The position numbers and the translations under genes are program-made. The notes beneath the pieces are model-generated. The model did no database searches. It was not told the origin of the DNA and saw only the letters and a program-made list of their open reading frames with translations. A stretch of 46,901 nucleotides of DNA, the filler included, from Nitrospirae bacterium MYbin3 (GTDB taxonomy: Bacteria; Nitrospirota; Thermodesulfovibrionia; Thermodesulfovibrionales; Dissulfurispiraceae): assembly GCA_002753335.1 (NCBI GenBank). It is 5 parts of 5 records of this genome, joined end to end, with 100 filler letters (N's around TTAATTAATTAA, not from the genome) between each part and the next. Parts side by side here need not be neighbours in the genome. Positions count along the whole stretch, not along the records: positions 20,695 to 30,206 come from PEAD01000048.1; positions 30,307 to 39,587 come from PEAD01000049.1; 3 more parts are not named here. One strand, given 5' to 3'. Shown one piece after another: positions 27,650 to 36,789 of this stretch (its first letter is position 1; each line of letters opens with the position of its first letter).

Positions 27650-30206
27650 CTAAGCCTTGGCTTCCGTCTTTAACTCATCAAGCAGTTCAACAATTGTTTT
27701 GGACAGCGAAATCATCTCGGTATATAGTGCATAAGCCTTATCTTTATCTCCTGCCCTATATGCATCGGCCATATGCCTTGCATACGCATGAAATTTCTCA
27801 TGCGGAGGATCTATGCTCCTGAAGCTCTGCATATTGCCGCACAGATGCTTACCGTCAGAATCATACCACTTGCCAAAACGGCAGGCATGGTGGTCAGGCA
27901 GGCTGTTCAGATCCAGTTCAGCTTCTCCCCTTAAAAATGCTCCAACCTTACCGACAAACAGCCTGTGGTCGGCCTTCGCCAAATCAAGCATCAGAAGTTC
28001 ATTGCCCTGAATCTTAAACTTTGTGGTCAACAATCTAAGGTCTTCCGTAACCTTTATCAGTCCGCCGACATCCTTCATAATCCTGCCTGCTATTTTCTGC
28101 TGTTCACCGGCAATGCTGGATGTTTTCTCTATGTTGTTGGCAACATCATCAGCCGTCTTTGTCTGCTCCTCCATGGCTGTTGATATTCTCATTATCTGAT
28201 CAACAACATGCTCCACCGCACCGACTATATTGGAGAGAGAACTGCCAACATCCTTAATCTGGCCGGTAATCTTATTAACCTCACCCGACGCAGCATGCAT
28301 AGATTTCGTCGTCTGTGATGAGTCTGACTGAACAGCTCCGATCTTTTGGGATATTTCGGAAGTTGCGGCAATCGTCCTCTCGGCCAGTTTTCTGACTTCA
28401 TCCGCAACAACCGCAAAACCGCGGCCCTGCTCTCCTGCACGCGCAGCTTCGATGGCAGCGTTCAAGGCGAGAAGGTTGGTCTGGTCGGCTATGTCTTTTA
28501 TTACGGTTACTATATCCCCTATCTCGCTGGCCCTCTTGCCGAGCTTGTCAATCATGCCTGACAGTTCAACAGTAGCGGAATGAACACTCTCAACTGTTCC
28601 AACAGCATTGTCAGCAATGCCCTGCCCTGCCAGCGCAACATTTTTTGTATCTGATGCGGATGCAGATACTGATGAGGCATTGTTGGCCAAATCACGGAAT
28701 GTCTGGCTCATCTCCTCTGCAGCCGCAGATATCTGATGGGCCTGTGAAGCCTGCTCCTTCGACCCGTCGGCGCTCTGCTGAGCCACCTGTCTCAGACCGT
28801 CAAGCACCTGAACAGTATTATTCACAGAAACAAGTATATTGCTTATAACATCGCTGAAAGACTTGACCATGAGATCCATCTTTTTTGCAAGCTCACTGAC
28901 TTCATCGTCCTTTGACGTATCAAGCGTGCAGATAAAGTTGCCTTTTGCAATACTGTCGGCCACTCCTATAAGCTGTGCAAGAGGCCTGTCGATAGAACGA
29001 TATATCCATATTCCAAAACCTATGCTAAGCACAATTGCCGCTATGCTTATACCTACAGTAAGAGCAAGGCTGAACCTTATAAGCTGATTTACCGCACCGA
29101 TAGCCTTTTCCTGCTCCCCTTTGGCGGTGCTTACAGAATCTTTACTTTTAGCAGACTGTTTTATAACTATTTCGCGCAGTTTAGCCGTAGCTTCTATAGC
29201 TTTTTCTTTCATTATCAAATCATGTTTAATCTTCTCTATAACACCATCCTTCGCAAACAAAAGGCTTTTAATAGAATTCAACGAAGCAACAATAGATTGA
29301 AGTGTCTTCAGCTCCTCTTTTGTATCCAGCTTTTTCATACCCTGATCAAGAAGTTTCTGCACGCTGTCGACACGATCAAAAGACTTTTTAAGCTCAACAA
29401 CCAAAGGATCAATCTCCTTTGGGCTGATTACGGTAAAAAGCCTAGTTGACAATCCTTCAATCGAGAGACCTATCGCAAGCAGCTCAGAATTGCTTACAAG
29501 CACATTATTTGCAGTGCTTGTCTGGCTGAAGACATTTGTCTGGCGGTTTGATTCTGATGAATACTTCTCATTTGCGGTGCCGGCTTCCTGTTCAACAGAA
29601 AGGCTTAAAACAGAAACCCGTTCACCCACATCTCTTTTAAGATTTTCGTACTGATTCTTAAGTTCGTCAGTCTGCTGAGAAACAAGTGACATCTGAACCT
29701 TTGTCATCTCCTCGATTTTCTCGCCTATGGTTTTTAACTGCTTAGAATATTCCTTCTGTGACTGAACATAATCTATCTGCTGTCCTTTTGATATTGTAGC
29801 GTTGGCCTTGCTCCTACCGATAATAAGGCTTTTTTTATCAGAAGCCTTCTGCAGCTCAACAAGCGCAAGCTGAAGGTCCTTGATTGCAAGTTTAAAAGCT
29901 TCCAGATCCTTAAGCTTAGTGCTGATATTCTTGGTGTCTTCCATAGAAGATACAAGCGATCCCTGCCTGTTCAACTGCAAAGACTTAATCTTGGCATCAA
30001 GCTCTTTAAGCTTTTTGGATGACTCTTTCATCTTCTGGGTGATCGTCTTATTGGCGATATGTGCCTCTTCTTCAGCCCTTATTTTATTTTCGCTGATACC
30101 GAATATCTCTGCCCCTATCTTCTGCAGCTCTTCGCTTACACCTATCTTAGCGCCGCCCTGAAGCGCCTCGAGAGAGCTTTGCGTATTTTTAACCTCTTCC
30201 AACGAC
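27650..30206 (-). CDS. Methyl-accepting chemotaxis protein with a C-terminal CZB domain, 5'-truncated
   Basis: Long helical periplasmic part, [47 protein letters not shown] motif DH...[11 protein letters not shown]...PHEKFH. Confidence 0.93.
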
Positions 30207-30306
30207 NNNNNNNNNNNNNNNNNNNNNNNNNNNNNNNNNNNNNNNNNNNNTTAATTAATTAANNNNNNNNNNNNNNNNNNNNNNNNNNNNNNNNNNNNNN
30301 NNNNNN
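30207..30306. other. Artificial contig linker
   Basis: N44-TTAATTAATTAA-N44. Confidence 0.98.
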
Positions 30307-30307
30307 A

Positions 30308-30817
30308 AGGCTGGCTTTAAAAACTATGCTGCTACTTTGTTGTTTCGCCGTCGGCGCCGGCACTTCCCAATTCGGTGCTTTTCAAGCGACCCTTACACCA
30401 CTGATAATCAGAAATCCAAGCGCAATAGAGTGGATTGTTCTGGTAATGGCTATTTTTGCGACAATTCGATTCTGGTATCAGGCCGTAGCCATAGGTCCTT
30501 CTCCTCGCAAAAAAAGAAAGTATTTAAAAGAAGGACGACTTCTTGATGGAGCAGAGAAACAAATCATCACTGACAGTAATTATTTACGCGAATATAGAGC
30601 TAATCATGAAATGGCCGTGAGGAATACTTTCCCTTCTTTTTGGGGGAAAAAGGCAAAATTAGAGTTTGAGAACTTAAACACGTTTGACCCTCCGTCTATG
30701 CGCATAGATATTCCACAAATAATAGATGTGCTGTGCTTTCTAGAGGATATTGATTATTATCTACCTATGATTCTTTGCGTATACGGCTTGCTACTTTTCT
30801 TGGTCTATCATCTTTAG
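30308..30817 (+). CDS. Hypothetical membrane protein, probably 5'-truncated
   Basis: Frame is open from the contig start. Three hydrophobic segments. Confidence 0.5.
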   Translation, partial: RLALKTMLLLCCFAVGAGTSQFGAFQATLTPLIIRNPSAIEWIVLVMAIFATIRFWYQAVAIGPSPRKKRKYLKEGRLLDGAEKQIITDSNYLREYRANHEMAVRNTFPSFWGKKAKLEFENLNTFDPPSMRIDIPQIIDVLCFLEDIDYYLPMILCVYGLLLFLVYHL

Positions 30818-30881
30818 TAAGATTGAAGAAATAACAATTCTGCTATAAGCTAATCAAATAGCACTATAAGTAAAAAATAGC

Positions 30882-30910
30882 TTGTATTTTATCTTGAAAA
30901 GTCCGATAAT
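30882..30910 (+). promoter_or_regulatory. sigma70 promoter for the structured RNA and DUF3800 gene
   Basis: TTGTAT-N17-GATAAT. Alternative: TTGAAA-N16-TATAGT at 30894-30921. Confidence 0.6.
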
Positions 30911-30923
30911 AAAAATATAGTAA

Positions 30924-31005
30924 GTCCTGGAGAACCGTGACGGCTATCTATAAGGTGGCTATCATAAGCATAGTGTAATCTATGCCGGCTTCAGGCTTTT
31001 TTTTT
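30924..31005 (+). ncRNA. Predicted three-way-junction RNA upstream of the DUF3800 gene
   Basis: P1 CCTGGAG (30926-32)/CTTCAGG (30989-95) plus CCG/CGG. P2 TGA-c-GGCTATC/GGTGGCT-a-TCA. P3 GCATAG/CTATGC. Followed directly by T9 (30997-31005). Confidence 0.65.
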
Positions 31006-31018
31006 ACCTTTCCACATA

Positions 31019-31666
31019 ATGCATATTTATTTAGATGAAAGTGGTGATTTAGGTTGGAAATTTGACGCTCCTTATCGAAAAGGAGGGTCAAGCCGATATT
31101 TAGTACTAGCATTTCTCTTCCTTCCAATTGAACACAAACACAAACCCAGAAACATAATCAGAGAGTTATATTCAGTTCATAAATGGAAAACAGAAAAAAA
31201 AGCATCATATGCAACGCTAAATCAAAAAACATTTTTTTGCAATAGAGTTGTAACATTATTAAAAACTCATCCAGACATAAAAATTGATGCAATCATCGCT
31301 TACAAAGAAAAAGTACAAATACATATTAGAAATGATTCAAACAAATTATATAACTATATGTCTGGTCTCGTAATCCCTAATTATATAGGGATGAAAGAAA
31401 AAGTATCGTTTATTCCGGATCAAAGAAGCGTAAAGGTTAAAAGCGGAAATTCTTTAGCAGACTATCTACAAATAAAAATATGGTTTGACCATGATCTTAA
31501 AACCACTATCAAATGTATTCCTTGCGAAAGCCATTTCAACTACAATTTACAGTTTACAGACTGGATAGCTCATTGCATATGGACTCATTTTGAAGATTCA
31601 TCAAGCAAACCGTTTAATATATTAGAACCTCATATCAATGTAAGACGATTATACTTTCCTAAATAA
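31019..31666 (+). CDS. DUF3800 family protein (predicted RNase H-like fold)
   Basis: N-terminal IYLDESGDLG, central IPD, C-terminal S....LQFTDWIA motif. Confidence 0.85.
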   Translation: MHIYLDESGDLGWKFDAPYRKGGSSRYLVLAFLFLPIEHKHKPRNIIRELYSVHKWKTEKKASYATLNQKTFFCNRVVTLLKTHPDIKIDAIIAYKEKVQIHIRNDSNKLYNYMSGLVIPNYIGMKEKVSFIPDQRSVKVKSGNSLADYLQIKIWFDHDLKTTIKCIPCESHFNYNLQFTDWIAHCIWTHFEDSSSKPFNILEPHINVRRLYFPK

Positions 31667-31701
31667 TTTTTTGCTGCCGACACGCTACCCAATGCGTTTA
31701 A

Positions 31702-31769
31702 CTGCAACGGAAAGCGCACTATGAGGCAAGCAACATTTCTTGCCGATTCGATGCAGCGCCAGGTTCGGC
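31702..31769 (-). mobile_element. Degenerate integron attC-like site
   Basis: Starts 3 nt after the stop of 31773..32336: GCCGAAC-CTGGC-GCTGCATC...GGCAAG-loop-CTTGCC...AGTGCGC-TTTCC-GTT, matching the R''/5/L''...L'/5/R' spacing. Confidence 0.5.
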
Positions 31770-31772
31770 ACC

Positions 31773-32336
31773 TTACTTCTTCTCCAATACCTTTCGAATC
31801 CGTTCAAGTTCTTCGACGAGTGGATCGTGTTCTCCTTCTGTGCCGAGATATGGCCTCAAGTCGATACGGTTTATTTCTTCGACTGTCTTCCCGAAGAACT
31901 CATATACTGCCGTTATGTTGAACTGAACAGGGGTAGCATTCGGATTTGCCTTCTCGTCAAATAATACCCACCCTTGCCCCAGAGCGACGAGAATTTCTGC
32001 GCCTGGTGGAAAGTTGTCTATGGGAAGAGAAAACACATTACGCTTTCGTAGGTTATTATTCGGCTTATCTGACTCGCCCCACTGAAAGAAATCACGGTCA
32101 AGCGTTAGACGCAGATTTCGTGCCCCGGTACGACCCGTGTTTGCAATTCTGAGATACAGAAACAAAACCTGAGGCCGAATAAAAGGAGAAATGATTATGT
32201 AAGGCCGCAAAACATCTTCTGATTGTTGCCTTACAGCCTCAACCGATGCTTCGCTCGCCCTTGCCATGCGATGAGTGAGGTAAGCATAAGTTGCAGTGAT
32301 TAAAACCAAAATGCCGGTGAGGATTTCCATAATCAT
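31773..32336 (-). CDS. Hypothetical N-anchored membrane protein (cassette-like gene)
   Basis: RBS AAGGAGG. TM ILTGILVLITATYAYLT followed by RPYI and a beta-rich domain. Confidence 0.75.
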   Translation of the reverse strand: MIMEILTGILVLITATYAYLTHRMARASEASVEAVRQQSEDVLRPYIIISPFIRPQVLFLYLRIANTGRTGARNLRLTLDRDFFQWGESDKPNNNLRKRNVFSLPIDNFPPGAEILVALGQGWVLFDEKANPNATPVQFNITAVYEFFGKTVEEINRIDLRPYLGTEGEHDPLVEELERIRKVLEKK

Positions 32337-32376
32337 AATTCCTCCTTATGGGTACCCACAGAATCCTTTGGCTGTC

Positions 32377-32400
32377 GAAACAATAGACGTCTATTGTTTC
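32377..32400. repeat. Perfect 24-bp palindrome
   Basis: GAAACAATAGACGTCTATTGTTTC is its own reverse complement. Confidence 0.9.
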
Positions 32401-32420
32401 AGAAATAAAATTGCTATTCT

Positions 32421-32879
32421 TCAAAGCTCCCACCCCACAATTCCAATATTATAATGTATTGATGGGTGAGATAAACTGATATAATATGCCTGCTTTTCAT
32501 TTACAAGAAGCAAGTCAACAATTCCAGAAGGCCCGGCAGATTCAATCATAAATTTACCATCCGGATATGGAGAAACCCTTATCATTAAAGGAACTGTATT
32601 ATCATCGCTCCACAACCTAAATTGTATTTTTGCCACATTAGCAGTGGTAGGAATTTCGGCAGACGCATCCACACGAATAAACTGGGTCCAAATTGGAACT
32701 TGTCGAGTCTGGGCTTTAATCACACTCGAAGTTAGGGACCTTAAAATATCGGCAGTACTCTTACCTGTATGGGTACTACACCAATAGCCCAAAACGGTGC
32801 TAATTAGGGTCAGTGTTCCCGCACCAACAGAAAGAAAAAAACATATGCGCTGCAGTATTTCTACTTGATGCTGAGTCAT
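32421..32879 (-). CDS. Hypothetical protein with an N-terminal TM segment
   Basis: Starts 4 nt after the nuclease stop. One hydrophobic helix. Confidence 0.6.
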   Translation of the reverse strand: MTQHQVEILQRICFFLSVGAGTLTLISTVLGYWCSTHTGKSTADILRSLTSSVIKAQTRQVPIWTQFIRVDASAEIPTTANVAKIQFRLWSDDNTVPLMIRVSPYPDGKFMIESAGPSGIVDLLLVNEKQAYYISLSHPSIHYNIGIVGWEL

Positions 32880-32883
32880 ATAC

Positions 32884-33432
32884 CTAAAATGTGTTCTTCT
32901 TTACTGGCAGTCCCAACCATGCAAGAGGAAGTTCATTGAATTTGTAATGGCAATTGACGCTGTGGATGTAATCTAATACGTCTTTGTATTTGGGATTCTT
33001 AAACCAATCATTCAGAACATAGACATACTCGACTTTGATGCCGAGCGGTGACACCAGTTTTAAATACTGCTTGCGTTTGAAATCACAAGTTTGCAGCTTT
33101 TCATCTACGGAGCCTTCTACCTGTTGGTATTTAACTTCGATGATAAACAAGGTTTCTCGGACAATTACCAGAAGCGCGTCATCAGGCAGAAGTTTTTTTG
33201 ACAGTATTTTTTCCCAATCAACGCGCTCTTCGTCTAGGAATTTATAAAAATCGTTTTTTCTGAAACAGCGTGCAACGAGGTTGTTTTCAAAGAATACGCC
33301 TAGTCCAGCTTTGTGAGGAACTTTTTTTAATTCGTATCCGGGAATTGCTTTAAGTAGTTCGTGAAAATCGACTTTTCTCTCAAAATGCAATCCGGTTAAT
33401 GTGCTCCCCCCGCCCACGCCCCCAGTTTTCAT
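32884..33432 (-). CDS. PD-(D/E)XK nuclease, probable type II restriction endonuclease
   Basis: LLPDDA...IIEVKYQQVEGSVDEKLQTCDFK. Directly downstream of the MTase. Confidence 0.8.
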   Translation of the reverse strand: MKTGGVGGGSTLTGLHFERKVDFHELLKAIPGYELKKVPHKAGLGVFFENNLVARCFRKNDFYKFLDEERVDWEKILSKKLLPDDALLVIVRETLFIIEVKYQQVEGSVDEKLQTCDFKRKQYLKLVSPLGIKVEYVYVLNDWFKNPKYKDVLDYIHSVNCHYKFNELPLAWLGLPVKKNTF

Positions 33433-33444
33433 TATTGTATCTCC

Positions 33445-34365
33445 CTACAAATGTAATTTTGATTCTTTTTCCCTTATGGTTTGTTCGATGCGTTTTTTTG
33501 AGAGGGCTAAATATTCATCATCAAGCTCGATTCCTACATATTTCCTGTTAAGCAGCATAGCGGCAACGCCTGTAGTTGAGCTGCCACAGAATGGGTCTAA
33601 AACCAAATCGTTTTCTTTTGTGGATGCAAGTATTATTCTTTTTAATAGTTCTACAGGCTTTTGTGTTGGATGTTTACCGAACTTTTTTTCTTCTGACTTG
33701 GGCGATGACATTTCCCAGACATTCCTCATTTGTTTACCTTTGTTGGTTTCTTTCATTAAACGGTAATCAAAATAATGTTTACTCTTAGCGTTTTTTGCTG
33801 CCCACAATACTATCTCTGTAGAGTGGGTAAAGTATCGGCATGAAAGGTTAGGCGGAGCATTGCGTTTGTACCAAATTATGTCATTGAGAATTTTATAGCC
33901 AAGTTCCTGCATGGCAAAGCCTACAGAGTGGATTATATGCGTTGTTCCAGAAACCCAAATAGTGCCATTTGGTTTTAATACCCTCTGGCAAGCCTTAAGC
34001 CATTCAAGCGTAAATTCATGGTTCTCTTGAACGCCTTTTGACTTATCCCATTTGCCTTTATTTACGGATACCATTTTACCTGCATGACAGGTGATTCCCC
34101 CGTTTGAAAGAAAATACGGAGGATCGGCAAATATCATATCAACGCTGTTTTCTTTTGCGTGATTTAAAATCTCAATACAGTTTCCTTTTAAAAGCCTTGT
34201 TGAGTGTTTGGGATTATCATAGTTGATTGAGAAAGGCTTATTGCCGTTGTTGCCGTATGTTGCTGTTTCTTCTGATATGTAAAATTCGACAGGATTTTCC
34301 GCGAGAAGATACTTACTCGACTTTTTGATCGCAGCGGTTTTCGGGGTTTTCTTTATTTTTAGCAT
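33445..34365 (-). CDS. Beta-class N6A/N4C DNA methyltransferase (DpnA-like)
   Basis: DMIFADPPYFLSNGG...VSVNKGKWD, HPTQKP, VLDPFCGSSTTG. Confidence 0.92.
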   Translation of the reverse strand: MLKIKKTPKTAAIKKSSKYLLAENPVEFYISEETATYGNNGNKPFSINYDNPKHSTRLLKGNCIEILNHAKENSVDMIFADPPYFLSNGGITCHAGKMVSVNKGKWDKSKGVQENHEFTLEWLKACQRVLKPNGTIWVSGTTHIIHSVGFAMQELGYKILNDIIWYKRNAPPNLSCRYFTHSTEIVLWAAKNAKSKHYFDYRLMKETNKGKQMRNVWEMSSPKSEEKKFGKHPTQKPVELLKRIILASTKENDLVLDPFCGSSTTGVAAMLLNRKYVGIELDDEYLALSKKRIEQTIREKESKLHL

Positions 34366-34428
34366 TAGCGATATTATTGGTGAATATATGCTTAACTGTC
34401 AATTATTTGTGCTATTATTTAGCACGTT

Positions 34429-35526
34429 ATGGCTATTCGTAAAATTAGCGACAACAAATGGTGGATTGATATTAGCATGGGACGCAAAGCCCGGCATCGA
34501 GAAGTTTTTCTCGGTACGCAGTATGAGGCAAATGAATATGAGATTCAGCTTAAAAAAGCTTTAGGGCATCAGCAAATATTCCACAATAAAAGCATCGGCG
34601 CTCTCGCTGAATTATATTTGCAATGGGTTAAGAATCATCAGTCTCCGAAAACTTACTCAGATAAGCGCAAAGTTTTTTATACTCATCTCATTCCGTTCTT
34701 TGGGGCGTATCATCCGTCGCTGATTTCTAAGCCGTTATTAGAGTCATACAAGATGCGGAGGAAAGAAACCGTTGACACGAAAAGAGCAAAGACCGGCCAC
34801 AGAACGATTAACATTGAGCTGATTTATTTGTCAGCCCTTGTTAATTGGGCGGTTGAGCAGGGCTATTGTTCTGAGCCTTTACCGAAGGTTAAAAAGCTGC
34901 CGTACAAGCGACCGTTGCCGGAGATTCTATCAAGAGAAGAAACTATAAAGCTTATTAACAGCACTGATCATTTTTACAAAGGTATGTTTTTATGCTTATA
35001 TCATGCGGGTATGAGGTTTAACGAGGTTGCCGGTCTAACATGGGCGGATGTAAGAATAGACGAGGGCGAAGGCTACATAAAAGTAATGGGAAAAGGTAAC
35101 AAACAACGATTGATACCTTTGACAGATAGGTTAAAGGATATTTTAAAAGACCTGAAATTAAACAGGATTGATAACAACCTCGTGTTTCCAAGCACAGTTA
35201 CAGGCGAGAAAATATGCAATATACGCAAGGCGATTAACAGAGCCAAGAAAGAAGCAGGCATTGTGACGCATATAACGCCCCATAAATTGCGTCATTCGTT
35301 TGCAACGCACCTTCTGGAGGCCGGAACAGATTTAAGGGCGATTCAGGCGCTTTTAGGACATGCCGACATAGCAACAACGCAGATTTATACTCATGTTTCT
35401 ATGCCGCATTTACAGCGTGCTGTGGACAGGCTTGGTGAAGATGTTGAGGTTCGGAAAGGCAAGAAAAAGACAGTTAAAATACAGAAGACAAAAAAACCAA
35501 CAAATAAAAAGCTTAATATGGTATAA
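34429..35526 (+). CDS. Tyrosine integrase
   Basis: N-terminal arm-binding-like segment. GMRFNE, GKGNKQR, HKLRHSFATH, LLGHADIATTQIYTH. Confidence 0.93.
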   Translation: MAIRKISDNKWWIDISMGRKARHREVFLGTQYEANEYEIQLKKALGHQQIFHNKSIGALAELYLQWVKNHQSPKTYSDKRKVFYTHLIPFFGAYHPSLISKPLLESYKMRRKETVDTKRAKTGHRTINIELIYLSALVNWAVEQGYCSEPLPKVKKLPYKRPLPEILSREETIKLINSTDHFYKGMFLCLYHAGMRFNEVAGLTWADVRIDEGEGYIKVMGKGNKQRLIPLTDRLKDILKDLKLNRIDNNLVFPSTVTGEKICNIRKAINRAKKEAGIVTHITPHKLRHSFATHLLEAGTDLRAIQALLGHADIATTQIYTHVSMPHLQRAVDRLGEDVEVRKGKKKTVKIQKTKKPTNKKLNMV

Positions 35527-35559
35527 CTAATAATCAGCTATAAACCATATTAAGAAGGA

Positions 35560-36510
35560 ATGACAGCAATGAAATACTTAAGCTGGGAAATGCAGAAGCG
35601 CCTCGATGAAAAACTGTCCCTGCTGAATTCTTTGCGCCCGCTCCCGTCGTCAGCCGTTAGAAAGCTACGGGAACAGTTCGGGTTGGAGATGACCTACAAT
35701 TCAAACGCAATCGAAGGAAACAGCCTGACGCTTAGAGAGACCTTTTTTGTCATCAATGAGGGTCTGACAATCAAAGGCAAACCGCTTAAAGACCACCTTG
35801 AGGCCAAGAGCCACACAGAAGCGCTGGAATATCTGTATGAATTGGTGGATAAGGATAAGCGCAACACATTGTCTGAGCGCCTTATCAGAGAATTAAACCA
35901 GATCGTAATGCGAGACATTGATAAAGAATGGGCAGGAAAATATAGAAACAGCAGTGTGATCATAGGCGGAGCCAACCATACTCCTCCGGATGCTGTAGAG
36001 GTGTCTCAACTGATGCAAGAGCTTATTGACTGGATGAGGCAAAACAGAAAAAAGCTGCATTCGGTTGAACTGGCGGCTATTCTGCACCACAGACTTGCCA
36101 ATATTCATCCTTTCTTTGACGGCAACGGTAGGACCTCACGGCTTGTTATGAATATTATTCTAATGCAGGCCGGATTTCCGCTGGTCGTAATTTTGAAAAA
36201 CGACAGAAAAAGGTATTATCGCAGCTTGGCAGAAGCTGATAAGGGAAACTATACGCCGTTTGTGCTTTTTATCGCACAGGCTGTCCAGAGGTCCCTTGAT
36301 ATATACCTGAGGGCGCTGACTCCGTCCCAGAAGAAAAAAGAGCAATTCGTATCACTCGCAGAGCTTGCAAAAGATTCGAGGTTTAGTGAGAAATATTTAA
36401 ACCTTCTGGCGCGCAGCGGTAGACTGGAAGCACACAAAGAAGGCCGCAACTGGTTGTCATCAAAAAAAGCGCTGCAAAAATATCTGGACAGCAGAGAAAG
36501 AAAAAGGTAG
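35560..36510 (+). CDS. Fic family protein (class II) with a C-terminal HTH
   Basis: Inhibitory SNAIEGN, catalytic HPFFDGNGRTSR, C-terminal SLAELA...YLNLLARSGRLEAHKEGRNW. Confidence 0.92.
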   Translation: MTAMKYLSWEMQKRLDEKLSLLNSLRPLPSSAVRKLREQFGLEMTYNSNAIEGNSLTLRETFFVINEGLTIKGKPLKDHLEAKSHTEALEYLYELVDKDKRNTLSERLIRELNQIVMRDIDKEWAGKYRNSSVIIGGANHTPPDAVEVSQLMQELIDWMRQNRKKLHSVELAAILHHRLANIHPFFDGNGRTSRLVMNIILMQAGFPLVVILKNDRKRYYRSLAEADKGNYTPFVLFIAQAVQRSLDIYLRALTPSQKKKEQFVSLAELAKDSRFSEKYLNLLARSGRLEAHKEGRNWLSSKKALQKYLDSRERKR

Positions 36511-36605
36511 TTTATGTGTTTTAAAAGCAGATTCAGTGACAACGTTGACACAAAGAAGGCCGATAAAACAAATAAAAAACAAAAAGATAAAAAATTCTAA
36601 AACTC

Positions 36606-36648
36606 CTCTTAATCAGCGGGTCGCAAGTTCGAATCTTGCACGGTTCAC
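36606..36648 (+). mobile_element. att site: duplicated 3' half of tRNA-Lys(CTT)
   Basis: CTCTTAATCAGCGGGTCGCAAGTTCGAATCTTGCACGGTTCAC runs from the anticodon loop to the acceptor strand. No D-arm or 5' acceptor strand upstream. Confidence 0.85.
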
Positions 36649-36789
36649 TTTTTCTTTTCAATGACTTGCCTATCAATCCAATCACTGCTCAACCACCAAA
36701 TTGTGCAGTTTTTGTGCAGTTCGTTTTTCCGCTCAACGCATTATCCAACACAGTAAAGCAAGTATTAAAGCCGGATTGCAGCGTGTTGG

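Noticed and set aside
34429..35526. xerC/xerD or intI assignment
   Set aside because: It has an N-terminal arm-binding-like segment, lies next to a tRNA att site and shows no obvious IntI insertion, so it fits an element integrase better
36606..36648. Intact tRNA-Lys gene
   Set aside because: Only the 3' half is present and it lacks CCA; treated as an att duplication
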